Part shown: positions 52,674 to 61,357 of the stretch, piece by piece | How positions within the stretch are numbered: position 1 is the first letter of the stretch | Layout of the letters: every line of letters begins with the position of its first letter | Origin: Syntrophobacterales bacterium | Lineage (GTDB): Bacteria > Desulfobacterota > Syntrophia > Syntrophales > UBA2192 | Assembly (NCBI GenBank): GCA_018053845.1 | Contig: JAGPKU010000005.1 | Location: forward strand, 1-62,472 | Length of the DNA: 62,472 nt | Direction: 5' to 3' | Program-made: the position numbers and the translations under genes | The notes under the pieces: model-generated | Told to the model about the DNA's origin: nothing | What the model saw: only the letters and a program-made list of their open reading frames with translations | Databases searched by the model: none

Positions 52674-54248
52674 TCATCCTTTGACCGGATATCCGTCACC
52701 GTACACCAGCATCCGGTAGGTCTTCTCGATGCGGTCCCAGTTCTCCTCGCGGTCCATGGACCAGTAGCGGCCGATCACGCTGACCACCCGGCCCAGTCCG
52801 AGCTCGGCGCACTTGTCCTCGATCTGCCTGACGTAGTTGGCCCCGCTCTCGGGCAACTCGCCGCGGCGCCCCAGCATGGCGTGGATGTACATCTCGGCAA
52901 CCTGCTCCCGCTTCGCCATCTCCATCAGCGCGAGCAGATGGTGCATCATGCCGTGGGAGCTGAAGAAGGAGACGATGCCCATGAGGTGCAGGGCCGTGCC
53001 GCGGCTGCGGCTCTCGGCCATGGCCTGCCGGAAGACCCTGTTGGCGAAGAAGGACCCGTCCTCGATGGCGCGGTCGATCTTCAGACGGTCGGAGCACACG
53101 CGCCTCCCGGCGCCGATGTGCAGATGCCCCGCCTCGGAGTTGCCCACCGTGCCCGCCGGCAGCCCCACGGCCTCGCCCGCGGCGGCGAGGGTGGCGAAGG
53201 GCAGGGCGGCCAGCAGGCCGTCCATGACGGGGGTGGACGCCCTGGCGATCAGGTTTCCCCTCGTCTCGGGGTTGTAGCCCCATCCGTCCAGGATGAGCAC
53301 GACGAGCCTGCGGCAAGGCGCGGCCGGCCCCGAGAGCAGCAGGGATCTGCCCTCCATTCGCCTCGGCGCGGGGATCCCGAAGAGCTCGAGGATCGTGGGG
53401 GCCACGTCGGCGAGTTCGCCCTCGCGCCGCAGCGGCGGGGGGGTGTCGCCGTCGACGAGGATGAAGGGCACGGGGCTCGCGGTGTGCCCCGTGTCGACGG
53501 TGCCGTCGGGGTAGCGCCAGCGCTCCACGGTGCCGTGATCGGCGGTGACAAGGACCGGCACCCCCGCCTTCCGGGCCTCGCCGATCACGAGCCCCAGGGC
53601 GCCGTCGACGGCCTCGACGGCGCGCACCACGGCGGTCTCGTTCTCGATGTGGCCGACGACGTCCACGTTGGCGAAGTTGGCGAGGATGAAGTCGTGGCGG
53701 CCCTCGCGGATCGCTCGGACCGTGGCCTCGGCCACTTTCCGGACGGACATCTCCGGCGCCTCGTCGAAGAGCCGCACGTCCTTGCGGGTGGGCACCACGA
53801 TGCGGTCCTCGCCGGGGTAGGGGGCCTCGCGCTTGCCGTTGAGGAAGTAGGTGACGTGGAACGCCTTCTCCGCCTCGGTGATCTTGACCTGCCGGAGCCC
53901 GCTGCGGGAGAGCACCTCGCTGAGGGTGTCCTCCAGGTCCTCCTCGGGAGGGAAGGCCACGTCGGCGCGGAGGTCCCGGGAATACTCGATCATGGTCGTG
54001 AAGTGCAGGCCGAGGGGGCCGGCCGTGGGGAACTCCCGGAACCCCTCCGCGGTGAGGCTCCGCGAGAGCTCCACCTCGCGCTCGCCGCGGATGTTGTAGA
54101 AAATGACCGTGTCGCCCTTCCCGATCCTCCCCACGGGCTTTCCCGAGGGGTCGACGAGGACCAGGGGGTTGAGCGTCTCGTCGTCCTCGCCCCGCCGGTA
54201 GGCCTCCCGCACCGCCCGGGACAGGATATTCGATTGCAGCGTCGGCAT
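52674..54248 (-). CDS. gpmI: 2,3-bisphosphoglycerate-independent phosphoglycerate mutase, apparently circularly permuted
   Basis: Track ORF 52674..55790 is trimmed to ATG 54246-54248. All iPGM motifs are present but in the order C-terminal-type segment (VIFYNIRGERE, GLRQVKITEAEK, ANFANVDVVGH, VTADHG, LADVAPTILELFG), then N-terminal-type segment (VVLILDGWG, GNSEAGHLHIGAGR, GRYWSMDREENWDRIEKTY). Confidence 0.85.
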   Translation of the reverse strand: MPTLQSNILSRAVREAYRRGEDDETLNPLVLVDPSGKPVGRIGKGDTVIFYNIRGEREVELSRSLTAEGFREFPTAGPLGLHFTTMIEYSRDLRADVAFPPEEDLEDTLSEVLSRSGLRQVKITEAEKAFHVTYFLNGKREAPYPGEDRIVVPTRKDVRLFDEAPEMSVRKVAEATVRAIREGRHDFILANFANVDVVGHIENETAVVRAVEAVDGALGLVIGEARKAGVPVLVTADHGTVERWRYPDGTVDTGHTASPVPFILVDGDTPPPLRREGELADVAPTILELFGIPAPRRMEGRSLLLSGPAAPCRRLVVLILDGWGYNPETRGNLIARASTPVMDGLLAALPFATLAAAGEAVGLPAGTVGNSEAGHLHIGAGRRVCSDRLKIDRAIEDGSFFANRVFRQAMAESRSRGTALHLMGIVSFFSSHGMMHHLLALMEMAKREQVAEMYIHAMLGRRGELPESGANYVRQIEDKCAELGLGRVVSVIGRYWSMDREENWDRIEKTYRMLVYGDGYPVKG

Positions 54249-54372
54249 GGCGTCCTTTCCTGTGTGTCCGGTCTTGACGGCCGCGTTGCGCGGAGACCGA
54301 AAGGCCCGTCGCTCCTGCGGCGCCGGTTCATCATACTGGAAAAGGCAGTGCCGGTCAAAGGGACCTTTTCGG

Positions 54373-54401
54373 TTGCAAAGGGGGCATCGAAATGATAGAA
54401 A
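54373..54401 (+). promoter_or_regulatory. candidate sigma-70 promoter for the 110-aa gene
   Basis: TTGCAA (54373-54378), a 17-nt spacer and TAGAAA (54396-54401). The -10 box ends 30 nt upstream of ATG 54432. Confidence 0.4.
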
Positions 54402-54431
54402 ATGCTCGAAAAAGCGGGATTTTAGAACTGC

Positions 54432-54764
54432 ATGAGGAAGTCGGCCTGGGAGAAAACCCAGGAAGAGATACTCAAGGAACGGGCCGAGATTCTCGGCCGG
54501 GCGGGCGAAGCGCTGGCGGCGGCTCTCTCCGAGATGGAGAGGATCGACCGGGTGATCGCCGAGAGCATCCGTCTGGCCGGTTCGAGCCCCGGCGTCGAGG
54601 CCCTGGCGGAGATCAACGGGGAGATCCGGAGGTACAACCGGGCCCGGGAATACGCGCAGCTGCGCTACTATTACCTCATCGTGACGCGGGAAGCCATGGG
54701 GTTCCGCCGCCACAAGGCGGTCGAGGACGTCTACCGGATCCCGCCGAAGCGGAAGTACCTCTGA
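54432..54764 (+). CDS. hypothetical protein, 110 aa, predicted helical
   Basis: The product is MRKSAWEKTQEEILKERAEILGRAGEALAAALSEMERIDRV...YAQLRYYYLIVTREAMGFRRHKAVEDVYRIPPKRKYL. It has normal composition, its own candidate promoter and a terminator. Confidence 0.55.
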   Translation: MRKSAWEKTQEEILKERAEILGRAGEALAAALSEMERIDRVIAESIRLAGSSPGVEALAEINGEIRRYNRAREYAQLRYYYLIVTREAMGFRRHKAVEDVYRIPPKRKYL

Positions 54765-54804
54765 ATGGCCCGTGTGTGGGGGGAACTCCTTGAGCAAGGG
54801 ATCG

Positions 54805-54862
54805 GGAGGGTGAGAGGGTGAGAAGGGGGCTCCGTTCTCGGCCCCTTGCCCTCCGTTTTTTT
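54805..54862 (+). terminator. rho-independent terminator whose 5' arm is a GGGTGAGA-type purine tract
   Basis: GGAGGG...AAGGGGC-tccgttctcg-GCCCCTT-g-CCCTCC is followed by gTTTTTTT. Confidence 0.65.
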
Positions 54863-54890
54863 GACAGCCTTGCCCCGCACGGCTTAGCGA

Positions 54891-55553
54891 ATGGATCGGT
54901 ACGAGAAACAGCGCAAGAAGATGGTCGATGCCCAGATCCGCTCCCGCGGCATCCGGGATGAGCGTGTCCTGCGGGCCATGGAGAAGATCCCCCGGCATCT
55001 GTTCGTCGACGAGGGGCTCATCGACCAGGCCTACAACGACAACCCGCTGCCCATCGGCGAGAAGCAGACCATCTCGCAGCCCTACATCGTGGCGCTCATG
55101 ACGGAGGCCCTCGAGCTCGGCGGCCGCGAGAAGGTCCTGGAACTCGGCACCGGGTCGGGCTACCAGGCGGCGATCCTCGCCGAGCTGGCCGACCGCGTGT
55201 TCACCATCGAGCGGATCGCCGCGCTGGCCCAGAGGGCCCGGAAGCTGCTCGAGTCGCTGCATTACTACAACGTGGTGATCCGGGTCGGGGACGGGACGTA
55301 CGGCTGGCGCGAGGAGTCCCCCTTTGACGCCATCCTCGTCTCGGCGGGGGCGCCCTCGATCCCCCGCACCCTGGTGGAGCAGCTCGGCGTCGGCGGACGC
55401 CTGGTGATCCCCGTCGGGGGCCGCTATACGCAGAACCTGGTCAAGCTGACGCGGCTCTCGGAAAACCCCGATGACGTGAAGAAGGAGGACCTCGGGGGGT
55501 GCCGGTTCGTGAGCCTGATCGGGGAGCACGGATGGAAGATGGAGCAGCCGTGA
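54891..55553 (+). CDS. pcm: protein-L-isoaspartate O-methyltransferase
   Basis: The 220-aa product has the [12 protein letters not shown] motif and the SAM-binding motif [16 protein letters not shown]. Confidence 0.93.
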   Translation: MDRYEKQRKKMVDAQIRSRGIRDERVLRAMEKIPRHLFVDEGLIDQAYNDNPLPIGEKQTISQPYIVALMTEALELGGREKVLELGTGSGYQAAILAELADRVFTIERIAALAQRARKLLESLHYYNVVIRVGDGTYGWREESPFDAILVSAGAPSIPRTLVEQLGVGGRLVIPVGGRYTQNLVKLTRLSENPDDVKKEDLGGCRFVSLIGEHGWKMEQP

Positions 55554-55626
55554 AGAAGAGGCTGAGAAGGTGAGAGGGTAAGAAGGTCGGATAAGCCGTT
55601 GGGCTTTGGGGCGTGCAAGCGGATTG

Positions 55627-56721
55627 ATGAAACACATTCCGAACATACGGAAACTTTTCCTCATGGCCTTTCTCGGGGCCGCTCTTCTTTCCTGTTCCGT
55701 CCAGGTCGTCGACCGCAGCAGCATGAAATCGTCCGAGCGGATGCGCGGCGTGTACCACCGGGTCAAGCCCGGCGAGACGCTGTGGCGCATCTCGAAGGCC
55801 TACAACGTCGATCTCCAGGAACTCGCCGAGATCAACAACATCACCGATTCGGCCCGCATCAGCGCGGGGAGCGTCGTCTTCATCCCCGACGCCCGCGAGG
55901 TCATCGATCTGCCGCCCGCAAGGCCGGCGGAGGCCAGGCACCCCGTCGCCGGGGCCCCGGAAAGGGCGGCACCGGTCCCGGCGGAGCCGAACGGCGCGCA
56001 GGCCGGTGCTCCGGCGGGGGCCTCGACGGGCGTTGCCGCGCCCGCTGCGAAAGGCAGGGTCAAGGAGGAGAGCATCACGGACCGAATCCCGGCGCCCAAG
56101 CCTGACCGGAGCCTTCCCTCGGCGGCCGGCACCCCGGACAAGACGCAGCCCAAGCCCCCCGGAAAGCCCGAGCCGCCGGCCCCGACGTCCGTCCGGAGCC
56201 AGGTTGCGATGCAGGCCCCGGCGCCCGCACCCCCGGTCAAGACGCCCGATGCCGCGCTCAAGGACCGGGCGGCGGTCACCCCGCCGGCCAAGAAGCCGGA
56301 GCGGCCCCACGGGGCAGAGGAGACGCAGGGGCAGATCAAGGTCGACCGGGGCCGTTTCGTCTGGCCCCTGCGGGGTCCCGTGATCGCCCGCTTCGGGATT
56401 CAGCCCAGCGGGATGAAGTACAACGGCATCAAGATCGCCGCGAAGGAGAACGCCCCGGTGCAGGCGGCGGCGGCCGGCACCGTCATCTATGCATCCACCG
56501 TCAAGGGGTACGGTGAAACGGTGATCGTCAAGCACGACGAGAACTTCACGACCGTGTACGCCTACCTGAAGAACACGGTGGCCCGGCGCGACGAAAGGAT
56601 CCGGAAGGGCGAAAAGATCGCCTCCGTCGGCCCGCCTCAGGAGCCGGGGGGGGAGCCCTACCTCTATTTCGAGATCCGGGAGAAGAACAGGGCCAGGAAC
56701 CCCCTGTTCTTCCTGCCGTGA
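55627..56721 (+). CDS. nlpD: LysM plus peptidase M23 lipoprotein (NlpD-like)
   Basis: The track ORF is trimmed to ATG 55627. The lipobox is ALLSCS. The LysM domain is YHRVKPGETLWRISKAYNVDLQELAEINNI, followed by a Pro/Ala-rich linker. The M23 core is NGIKIAAKENAPVQAAAAGTVIYAS...GETVIVKHDENFTTVYAYL. pcm-nlpD is a classical conserved gene pair. Confidence 0.88.
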   Translation: MKHIPNIRKLFLMAFLGAALLSCSVQVVDRSSMKSSERMRGVYHRVKPGETLWRISKAYNVDLQELAEINNITDSARISAGSVVFIPDAREVIDLPPARPAEARHPVAGAPERAAPVPAEPNGAQAGAPAGASTGVAAPAAKGRVKEESITDRIPAPKPDRSLPSAAGTPDKTQPKPPGKPEPPAPTSVRSQVAMQAPAPAPPVKTPDAALKDRAAVTPPAKKPERPHGAEETQGQIKVDRGRFVWPLRGPVIARFGIQPSGMKYNGIKIAAKENAPVQAAAAGTVIYASTVKGYGETVIVKHDENFTTVYAYLKNTVARRDERIRKGEKIASVGPPQEPGGEPYLYFEIREKNRARNPLFFLP

Positions 56722-56763
56722 AATCAGGCTCCAAGGGGACAGGAAGAGGAGCCGCCCGCCGCG

Positions 56764-56792
56764 TTGACGGAAGACAGCGCGATGCCTATACT
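56764..56792 (+). promoter_or_regulatory. candidate sigma-70 promoter for the radical SAM gene
   Basis: TTGACG (56764-56769), a 17-nt spacer and TATACT (56787-56792). The -10 box ends about 50 nt upstream of ATG 56845. Confidence 0.55.
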
Positions 56793-56844
56793 AGAAACCT
56801 GATGATCGTCTGCCTGAAAAACCCGAAACGGGAAGACTGAACCG

Positions 56845-57999
56845 ATGACCGTGAACGCCTGCTTCGAGCAGGGTCCCATACGACCGCCCAGCGAGGCCCG
56901 CAGCCTCCTGATCCGACCGACCCGGAACTGCCCCTGGAACAAGTGCGCCTTCTGCCACACCTACAAGGGAAGCCGCTTCGAGTTGCGCCCCGTCGAGGAG
57001 ATCAAGCAGGACATCGACGCCGTGCGCGCCCTGGCCGATGCGGTCGGCGAGCTCTCGTGGAAGCTGGGGCAGGGGGGCCGGGTCAACGACGCCGTCGTCT
57101 CCTGGGTGTTCGGCAACGAGGGCTCCTTCAGCGACCCGTTCCGCCACGTGGCGGCCTGGCTCTACTTCGGGGGCAGGACCGCTTTTCTCCAGGACGCCGA
57201 CACGCTCATCATGAAGACCGACGATCTCGTCGAGGTGCTCCGCTATCTCCGGGAGAAGTTTCCCGGGATCGAGCGCATCACCTCCTACTGCCGTTCGCGG
57301 ACGGCCGCCCACAAGTCGGTGGAGGACCTCCGGCGCATCCGGGAGGCCGGTCTCGTGCGGATCCACGTCGGGCTCGAGTCGGGCTGCGACGAGGTGCTCC
57401 GGTTCATCCGGAAGGGGGCGACGGCGGAGGAACACGTCAAGGGGGGCAAGCGGATCGTGGAGGCCGGCATCTCGCTGTGCGAGTACGTCATGCCGGGGCT
57501 CGGCGGCAGCCGGTGGTCACGGGAGCATGCCGTCGAGACGGCCCGGGTCCTCAGCGAGATCAACCCGGACCACATCCGGTTGCGCACCCTGTCGGTCAGG
57601 CGGGGGACCCCTCTGTACGACGCGATGCGCGAGGGGGGGTTCGCTCCCCTCGGGGACGAGGAAATCCTCAAGGAGATCAGGCTGTTCATAGAAAGTCTCG
57701 ACGGGATTCAGAGCCGCATCGTCAGCGATCACATCCTGAACCTGCTGGAGGAGCTGGAGGGCAAACTGCCCGAGGAGAAGGAGAAGCTGCTGGGGATCAT
57801 CGACCGGTACCTTCAGCTCTCCGAGACGGACCGACTCGTCTTCCGGCTGGGACGGCGCCGGGGCATCTACCGGACCCTCGACGACCTGTCCGAGCCCGGC
57901 ACCTATCGGCAGCTCAGGCAGGCGGTCGAGCGCTATCAGCAAGAAGAGCCCGGAAGGCTGGACCGCGACCTGGACCGGATCCGCGAGAGTTTCATCTGA
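56845..57999 (+). CDS. radical SAM protein of unknown function
   Basis: The 384-aa product has QGPIRPPSEARSLLIRPTRNCPWNKCAFCHTYKG, where the cluster motif is spaced Cx4Cx2C. A TIM-barrel-like core follows (RIHVGLESGCDEVL). Confidence 0.75.
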   Translation: MTVNACFEQGPIRPPSEARSLLIRPTRNCPWNKCAFCHTYKGSRFELRPVEEIKQDIDAVRALADAVGELSWKLGQGGRVNDAVVSWVFGNEGSFSDPFRHVAAWLYFGGRTAFLQDADTLIMKTDDLVEVLRYLREKFPGIERITSYCRSRTAAHKSVEDLRRIREAGLVRIHVGLESGCDEVLRFIRKGATAEEHVKGGKRIVEAGISLCEYVMPGLGGSRWSREHAVETARVLSEINPDHIRLRTLSVRRGTPLYDAMREGGFAPLGDEEILKEIRLFIESLDGIQSRIVSDHILNLLEELEGKLPEEKEKLLGIIDRYLQLSETDRLVFRLGRRRGIYRTLDDLSEPGTYRQLRQAVERYQQEEPGRLDRDLDRIRESFI

Positions 58000-58139
58000 G
58001 GCGGGCACCTTCGGCCCCGTCATCGACTTCCCAGCGGCCCGACGAGGCCGCTGCTTCCCTAAGCCACTGGAATCATAAAGAGAAACGCTGCGGAGCGCCG
58101 GCCGCGCACCCGGCGGGCGCCCCTGCGCGAGCATTTCCG

Positions 58140-58168
58140 TTGACATTTCGGGCGAATTCCTTTATGAT
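58140..58168 (+). promoter_or_regulatory. candidate sigma-70 promoter for carD
   Basis: TTGACA (58140-58145), a 17-nt spacer and TATGAT (58163-58168). The -10 box ends about 55 nt upstream of ATG 58224. Confidence 0.55.
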
Positions 58169-58223
58169 TCACAGGCTATTGGAATGTCATAGAGGGGAAT
58201 CCGCGAGAGGTGGTAATGGGGAG

Positions 58224-58709
58224 ATGTTCAAAATAGGAGAATTGGCCGTTTATCCAGCGCAGGGGGTCGGACTCATCGAGGCGATCGAAGACCGGGAGAT
58301 CATGGGGACGTGGCAGAAGTTCTACGTGATGAAGATCCTCGGCAACGGGATGAAGATCATGATCCCGACCGACACGGCACAGGCCATCGGGCTGCGCCAG
58401 CTCATCTCGTCCAAGGAGATCCCGAAAATCTACGAGATCCTCCGTGCCCGTGACGTCACGATCGACAAGCAGGCCTGGAACAAGCGTTACCGCGAATACT
58501 TGGAGAAGATCAAGACGGGCTCCGTCTATGAGATCGCCAAGGTCCTGCGGGACCTCTTCATCCTCAAGCACGGCAAGGACCTGTCCTTCGGCGAGAGGAA
58601 GATGATGGACACGGCGAAGCACCTGCTCATCAAGGAGATCTCCATCGCAAGCCGCGCGGCGGAGGCCAAGGTCGAGGCCGAGATCAATGCCATGTTCCCG
58701 CTGCAGTGA
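58224..58709 (+). CDS. carD: CarD/CdnL-family RNA-polymerase-binding transcription factor
   Basis: This is the tail of track ORF 56943..58709, read from ATG 58224: MFKIGELAVYPAQGVGLIEAIEDREIMGTWQKFYVMKIL...WNKRYREYLEKIKTGSVYEIAKVLRDL. Confidence 0.88.
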   Translation: MFKIGELAVYPAQGVGLIEAIEDREIMGTWQKFYVMKILGNGMKIMIPTDTAQAIGLRQLISSKEIPKIYEILRARDVTIDKQAWNKRYREYLEKIKTGSVYEIAKVLRDLFILKHGKDLSFGERKMMDTAKHLLIKEISIASRAAEAKVEAEINAMFPLQ

Positions 58710-58943
58710 GCGACGGAGCTCCCTGCGGCGTTGTCTTTAGAGCTCCGAGAAGCCGAAACGATGGGTTTGTGTTGTCCCCGGAGCGTTGCCCCGCGGGCCG
58801 GCGAACCCATTTACCCTTTCCGGCGGGCCCTCGGCGGGTCGGGACACGGCGGGCCGGTTTCACGGGAGCTTTTTTTGCATGATCGCGATGCCGGGTTCTT
58901 TGAAATCCTGTCATGCCAATTTTAGGAAAGGAGGGATGTTCGT

Positions 58944-59969
58944 TTGCTGATCCGTTCACTGCTCATCGGCATCTGCTCGATCAGCGGATATTTTATCGCC
59001 CTGAAGTATTTGGCTTCATACCAATTATCCATCATCGGTTTTTTACTGGGCTTTATCGCCGCTGTCATCGTCATCCAGATCGAGCAGATCATCCGACGAT
59101 TCTCGCTGCGCATCATCCTGGGGGGTGTCATCGGGACCATCATCGGGCTTCTGATCGCCATCCTGCTGTCCTACGGGCTGCGGTTTGTCACCGTGCTGGA
59201 GCAGCAGGAGCTGGCCTTCCTGATCTACGCCCTGATGGCCAGCATCCTCGGGTATCTGGGTCTCGTCATCGGTTCGAAGAAGAGCGAGGAGATCGCTCTG
59301 CCTGCCTTCGGCCCCTTCAAGGGGTTCCGCGGAGGGTCGGACTACCGCATCCTCGACACGAGCGTCATCATCGACGGCCGCATCGCCGACATCTGCGACA
59401 CGGGGTTCATGGAAGGGACTTTGGTCGTCCCGCGGTTCGTCCTGGAGGAGCTCCAGCACATCGCCGATTCCTCCGATTCCATGAAGCGCTCGAGGGGAAG
59501 GCGGGGTCTCGACATCCTCAACCGGGTCCAGAAGAACCCGGGCATCAGCATCGAAATCGTCGATCACGAGTTCCCGAAGATCAAGGGCGTGGACGGCAAG
59601 CTCGTCGCCCTCGCGAAGAAGATGAACGGCAAGATCATCACCAACGACTTCAACCTCAACAAGGTGGCGGAGCTCCAGGGCATCAAGATCCTGAACGTCA
59701 ACGAGCTGGCCAACGCCCTGAAGCCCGTCGTGCTGCCCGGCGAGCTCATGGTCGTAAAGGTGATCAAGGAGGGCAAGGAGCCCGGTCAGGGTGTCGCCTA
59801 CCTCGACGACGGCACGATGGTCATCGTCGATCACGCCAGTCGCCACCTGGGCGAGACCCTCGAGGTGACCGTGACCAGCGTCCTGCAGACCACGGCCGGG
59901 CGGATGATCTTCACGGAGCTCAAGGCCGTTGTCCCCGACAAGAAATATCACAGTGTCGAAGCGTTGTGA
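58944..59969 (+). CDS. membrane-anchored PIN and TRAM domain protein (YacL-like)
   Basis: The TTG start at 58944 has GGAGGG 9 nt upstream. The product has four N-terminal TM helices. The PIN domain includes [16 protein letters not shown] and [11 protein letters not shown]. The TRAM domain is [21 protein letters not shown]. The order carD, this gene, ispD, ispF is a conserved neighbourhood. Confidence 0.8.
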   Translation: MLIRSLLIGICSISGYFIALKYLASYQLSIIGFLLGFIAAVIVIQIEQIIRRFSLRIILGGVIGTIIGLLIAILLSYGLRFVTVLEQQELAFLIYALMASILGYLGLVIGSKKSEEIALPAFGPFKGFRGGSDYRILDTSVIIDGRIADICDTGFMEGTLVVPRFVLEELQHIADSSDSMKRSRGRRGLDILNRVQKNPGISIEIVDHEFPKIKGVDGKLVALAKKMNGKIITNDFNLNKVAELQGIKILNVNELANALKPVVLPGELMVVKVIKEGKEPGQGVAYLDDGTMVIVDHASRHLGETLEVTVTSVLQTTAGRMIFTELKAVVPDKKYHSVEAL

Positions 59970-60048
59970 TCCCCGTCGATGAAGCCCGGGAGCCCGCAAG
60001 GGTCCCGGGCTTTTCGTTGTGCGCCCCGGGGGTCCGGCGGGGGAGCGG

Positions 60049-60744
60049 ATGAAGACGGTAGCGATCGTCCCGGCAGCGGGGTCGGGAAGCCGGATGAACC
60101 GGGAAATGGCCAAGCAGTACCTGCAGCTTGCCGGCAGGCCCATCCTGGTGCACACCCTGCAGGCCCTCGAGTCGTGCCCCGGCGTGGACGGGCTTTTCGT
60201 TGTCGTGCCGCTGCAGGACACGGCGTCGGTGCGAAGCGAGGTGATCGATCCCTGGAACCTGAAGAAAGTGGCCTCGGTCATCGCCGGGGGCCGCGAACGC
60301 CAGGATTCCGTCCGGGCCGGTCTCGATGCCCTCGGCCGGGATGCGGAGATCGTGATCGTTCACGACGGCGTGCGGCCCCTGATCAGTGTCGAGACGGTCG
60401 AGCGGTGCATCCGGGAGGCCGCGGAGTGCGGCGCCGTGACGGTCGGCGTGCCCGTCAAGGACACCGTGAAGGAAGTGGCCCCGGACGGCCGCATCCTTCG
60501 GACCTGCGACCGCAGCGCCCTGTGGCTCACGCAGACCCCCCAGGCCTTCCGCCGAGACATCCTCGAGCGGGCGCACCGGGAGGCCCTGCGTGACGGCATC
60601 CGCGCGACCGATGACACCTCGCTGGTCGAGCGACTCGGGATCGCCGTTCGGATGATCCCGGGCGATTACCGGAACATCAAGATCACGACGCCGGAGGACC
60701 TGGTGATCGCCGAGGCGCTGCTCGCCGCTTCCAGGCAGGCATAA
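60049..60744 (+). CDS. ispD: 2-C-methyl-D-erythritol 4-phosphate cytidylyltransferase
   Basis: The track ORF is trimmed to ATG 60049, which has GGGGGAG upstream. The product begins MKTVAIVPAAGSGSRM and includes VIVHDGVRP, TQTPQAF and TDD. Confidence 0.92.
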   Translation: MKTVAIVPAAGSGSRMNREMAKQYLQLAGRPILVHTLQALESCPGVDGLFVVVPLQDTASVRSEVIDPWNLKKVASVIAGGRERQDSVRAGLDALGRDAEIVIVHDGVRPLISVETVERCIREAAECGAVTVGVPVKDTVKEVAPDGRILRTCDRSALWLTQTPQAFRRDILERAHREALRDGIRATDDTSLVERLGIAVRMIPGDYRNIKITTPEDLVIAEALLAASRQA

Positions 60745-60789
60745 GGCAACGGATGTACCTGCGGGGATGCTCCGATTCAGGGGGGTGCC

Positions 60790-61281
60790 ATGAGAGTGGG
60801 GTTCGGTTTCGACAGTCATCGCTTCGCCGAGGGGCGCCGTCTGCTCATCGGCGGCGTGGAGATCGGGCATGACCGGGGCCTGCTCGGTCACTCCGATGCC
60901 GACGTCCTGATCCACGCCGTCGTCGACGCCGTTCTCGGGGCCCTGGGGGAAGCCGACATCGGCAGGCACTTCCCGGACACGGACCCGCGCCTCAAGGGCA
61001 TCTCCAGCCTCGTCATCCTGAAGCGGGCCGCCGAGATGGCCCTGGTTCGCGGCTATGCCGTCAACAACGTGGACTCCACGGTCATCCTGGAGACGCCGAA
61101 ACTCGCCCCGTTCGTCGAGGAGATGCGGCGCAACATCGCCAAGGTGCTCGGGACGGAGCCCTCGCGGGTCAACGTGAAGGCCAAGACGAACGAGAAGATG
61201 GGCTTCATCGGGCGCGGGGAGGGGGTCGCGGCCTTCGCCGTCGTCACGCTGGCGAGGGCCGGGGCGGACGAAGTGGCCTAG
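60790..61281 (+). CDS. ispF: 2-C-methyl-D-erythritol 2,4-cyclodiphosphate synthase
   Basis: The 163-aa product is MRVGFGFDSHRF...GHSDADVLIHAVVDAVLGA...FPDTDP...KAKTNEKMGFIGRGEG. Confidence 0.95.
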   Translation: MRVGFGFDSHRFAEGRRLLIGGVEIGHDRGLLGHSDADVLIHAVVDAVLGALGEADIGRHFPDTDPRLKGISSLVILKRAAEMALVRGYAVNNVDSTVILETPKLAPFVEEMRRNIAKVLGTEPSRVNVKAKTNEKMGFIGRGEGVAAFAVVTLARAGADEVA

Positions 61282-61357
61282 AATTTGAACCGGCAGAAAC
61301 ACGCTCCGGCGTCACCCGCGGACGCGTTCGATTCAAACCGATTCAGAGGAGGTATGG

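Noticed and set aside
51606-54395. The 929-aa plus-strand ORF across the macro-domain gene, the REP-like cluster and gpmI.
   Set aside because: It is antisense to two strongly supported genes. It also reads through the REP-like hairpins, giving peptides such as MTFPRKRESR and IPHRAALVRNDH that are typical spurious translations of palindromic repeats.
54575-54593. A tRNA T-arm-like sequence, GGCCGGTTCGAGCCCCGGC.
   Set aside because: It lies inside a plausible protein-coding ORF. I could not build acceptor, D or anticodon arms around it.
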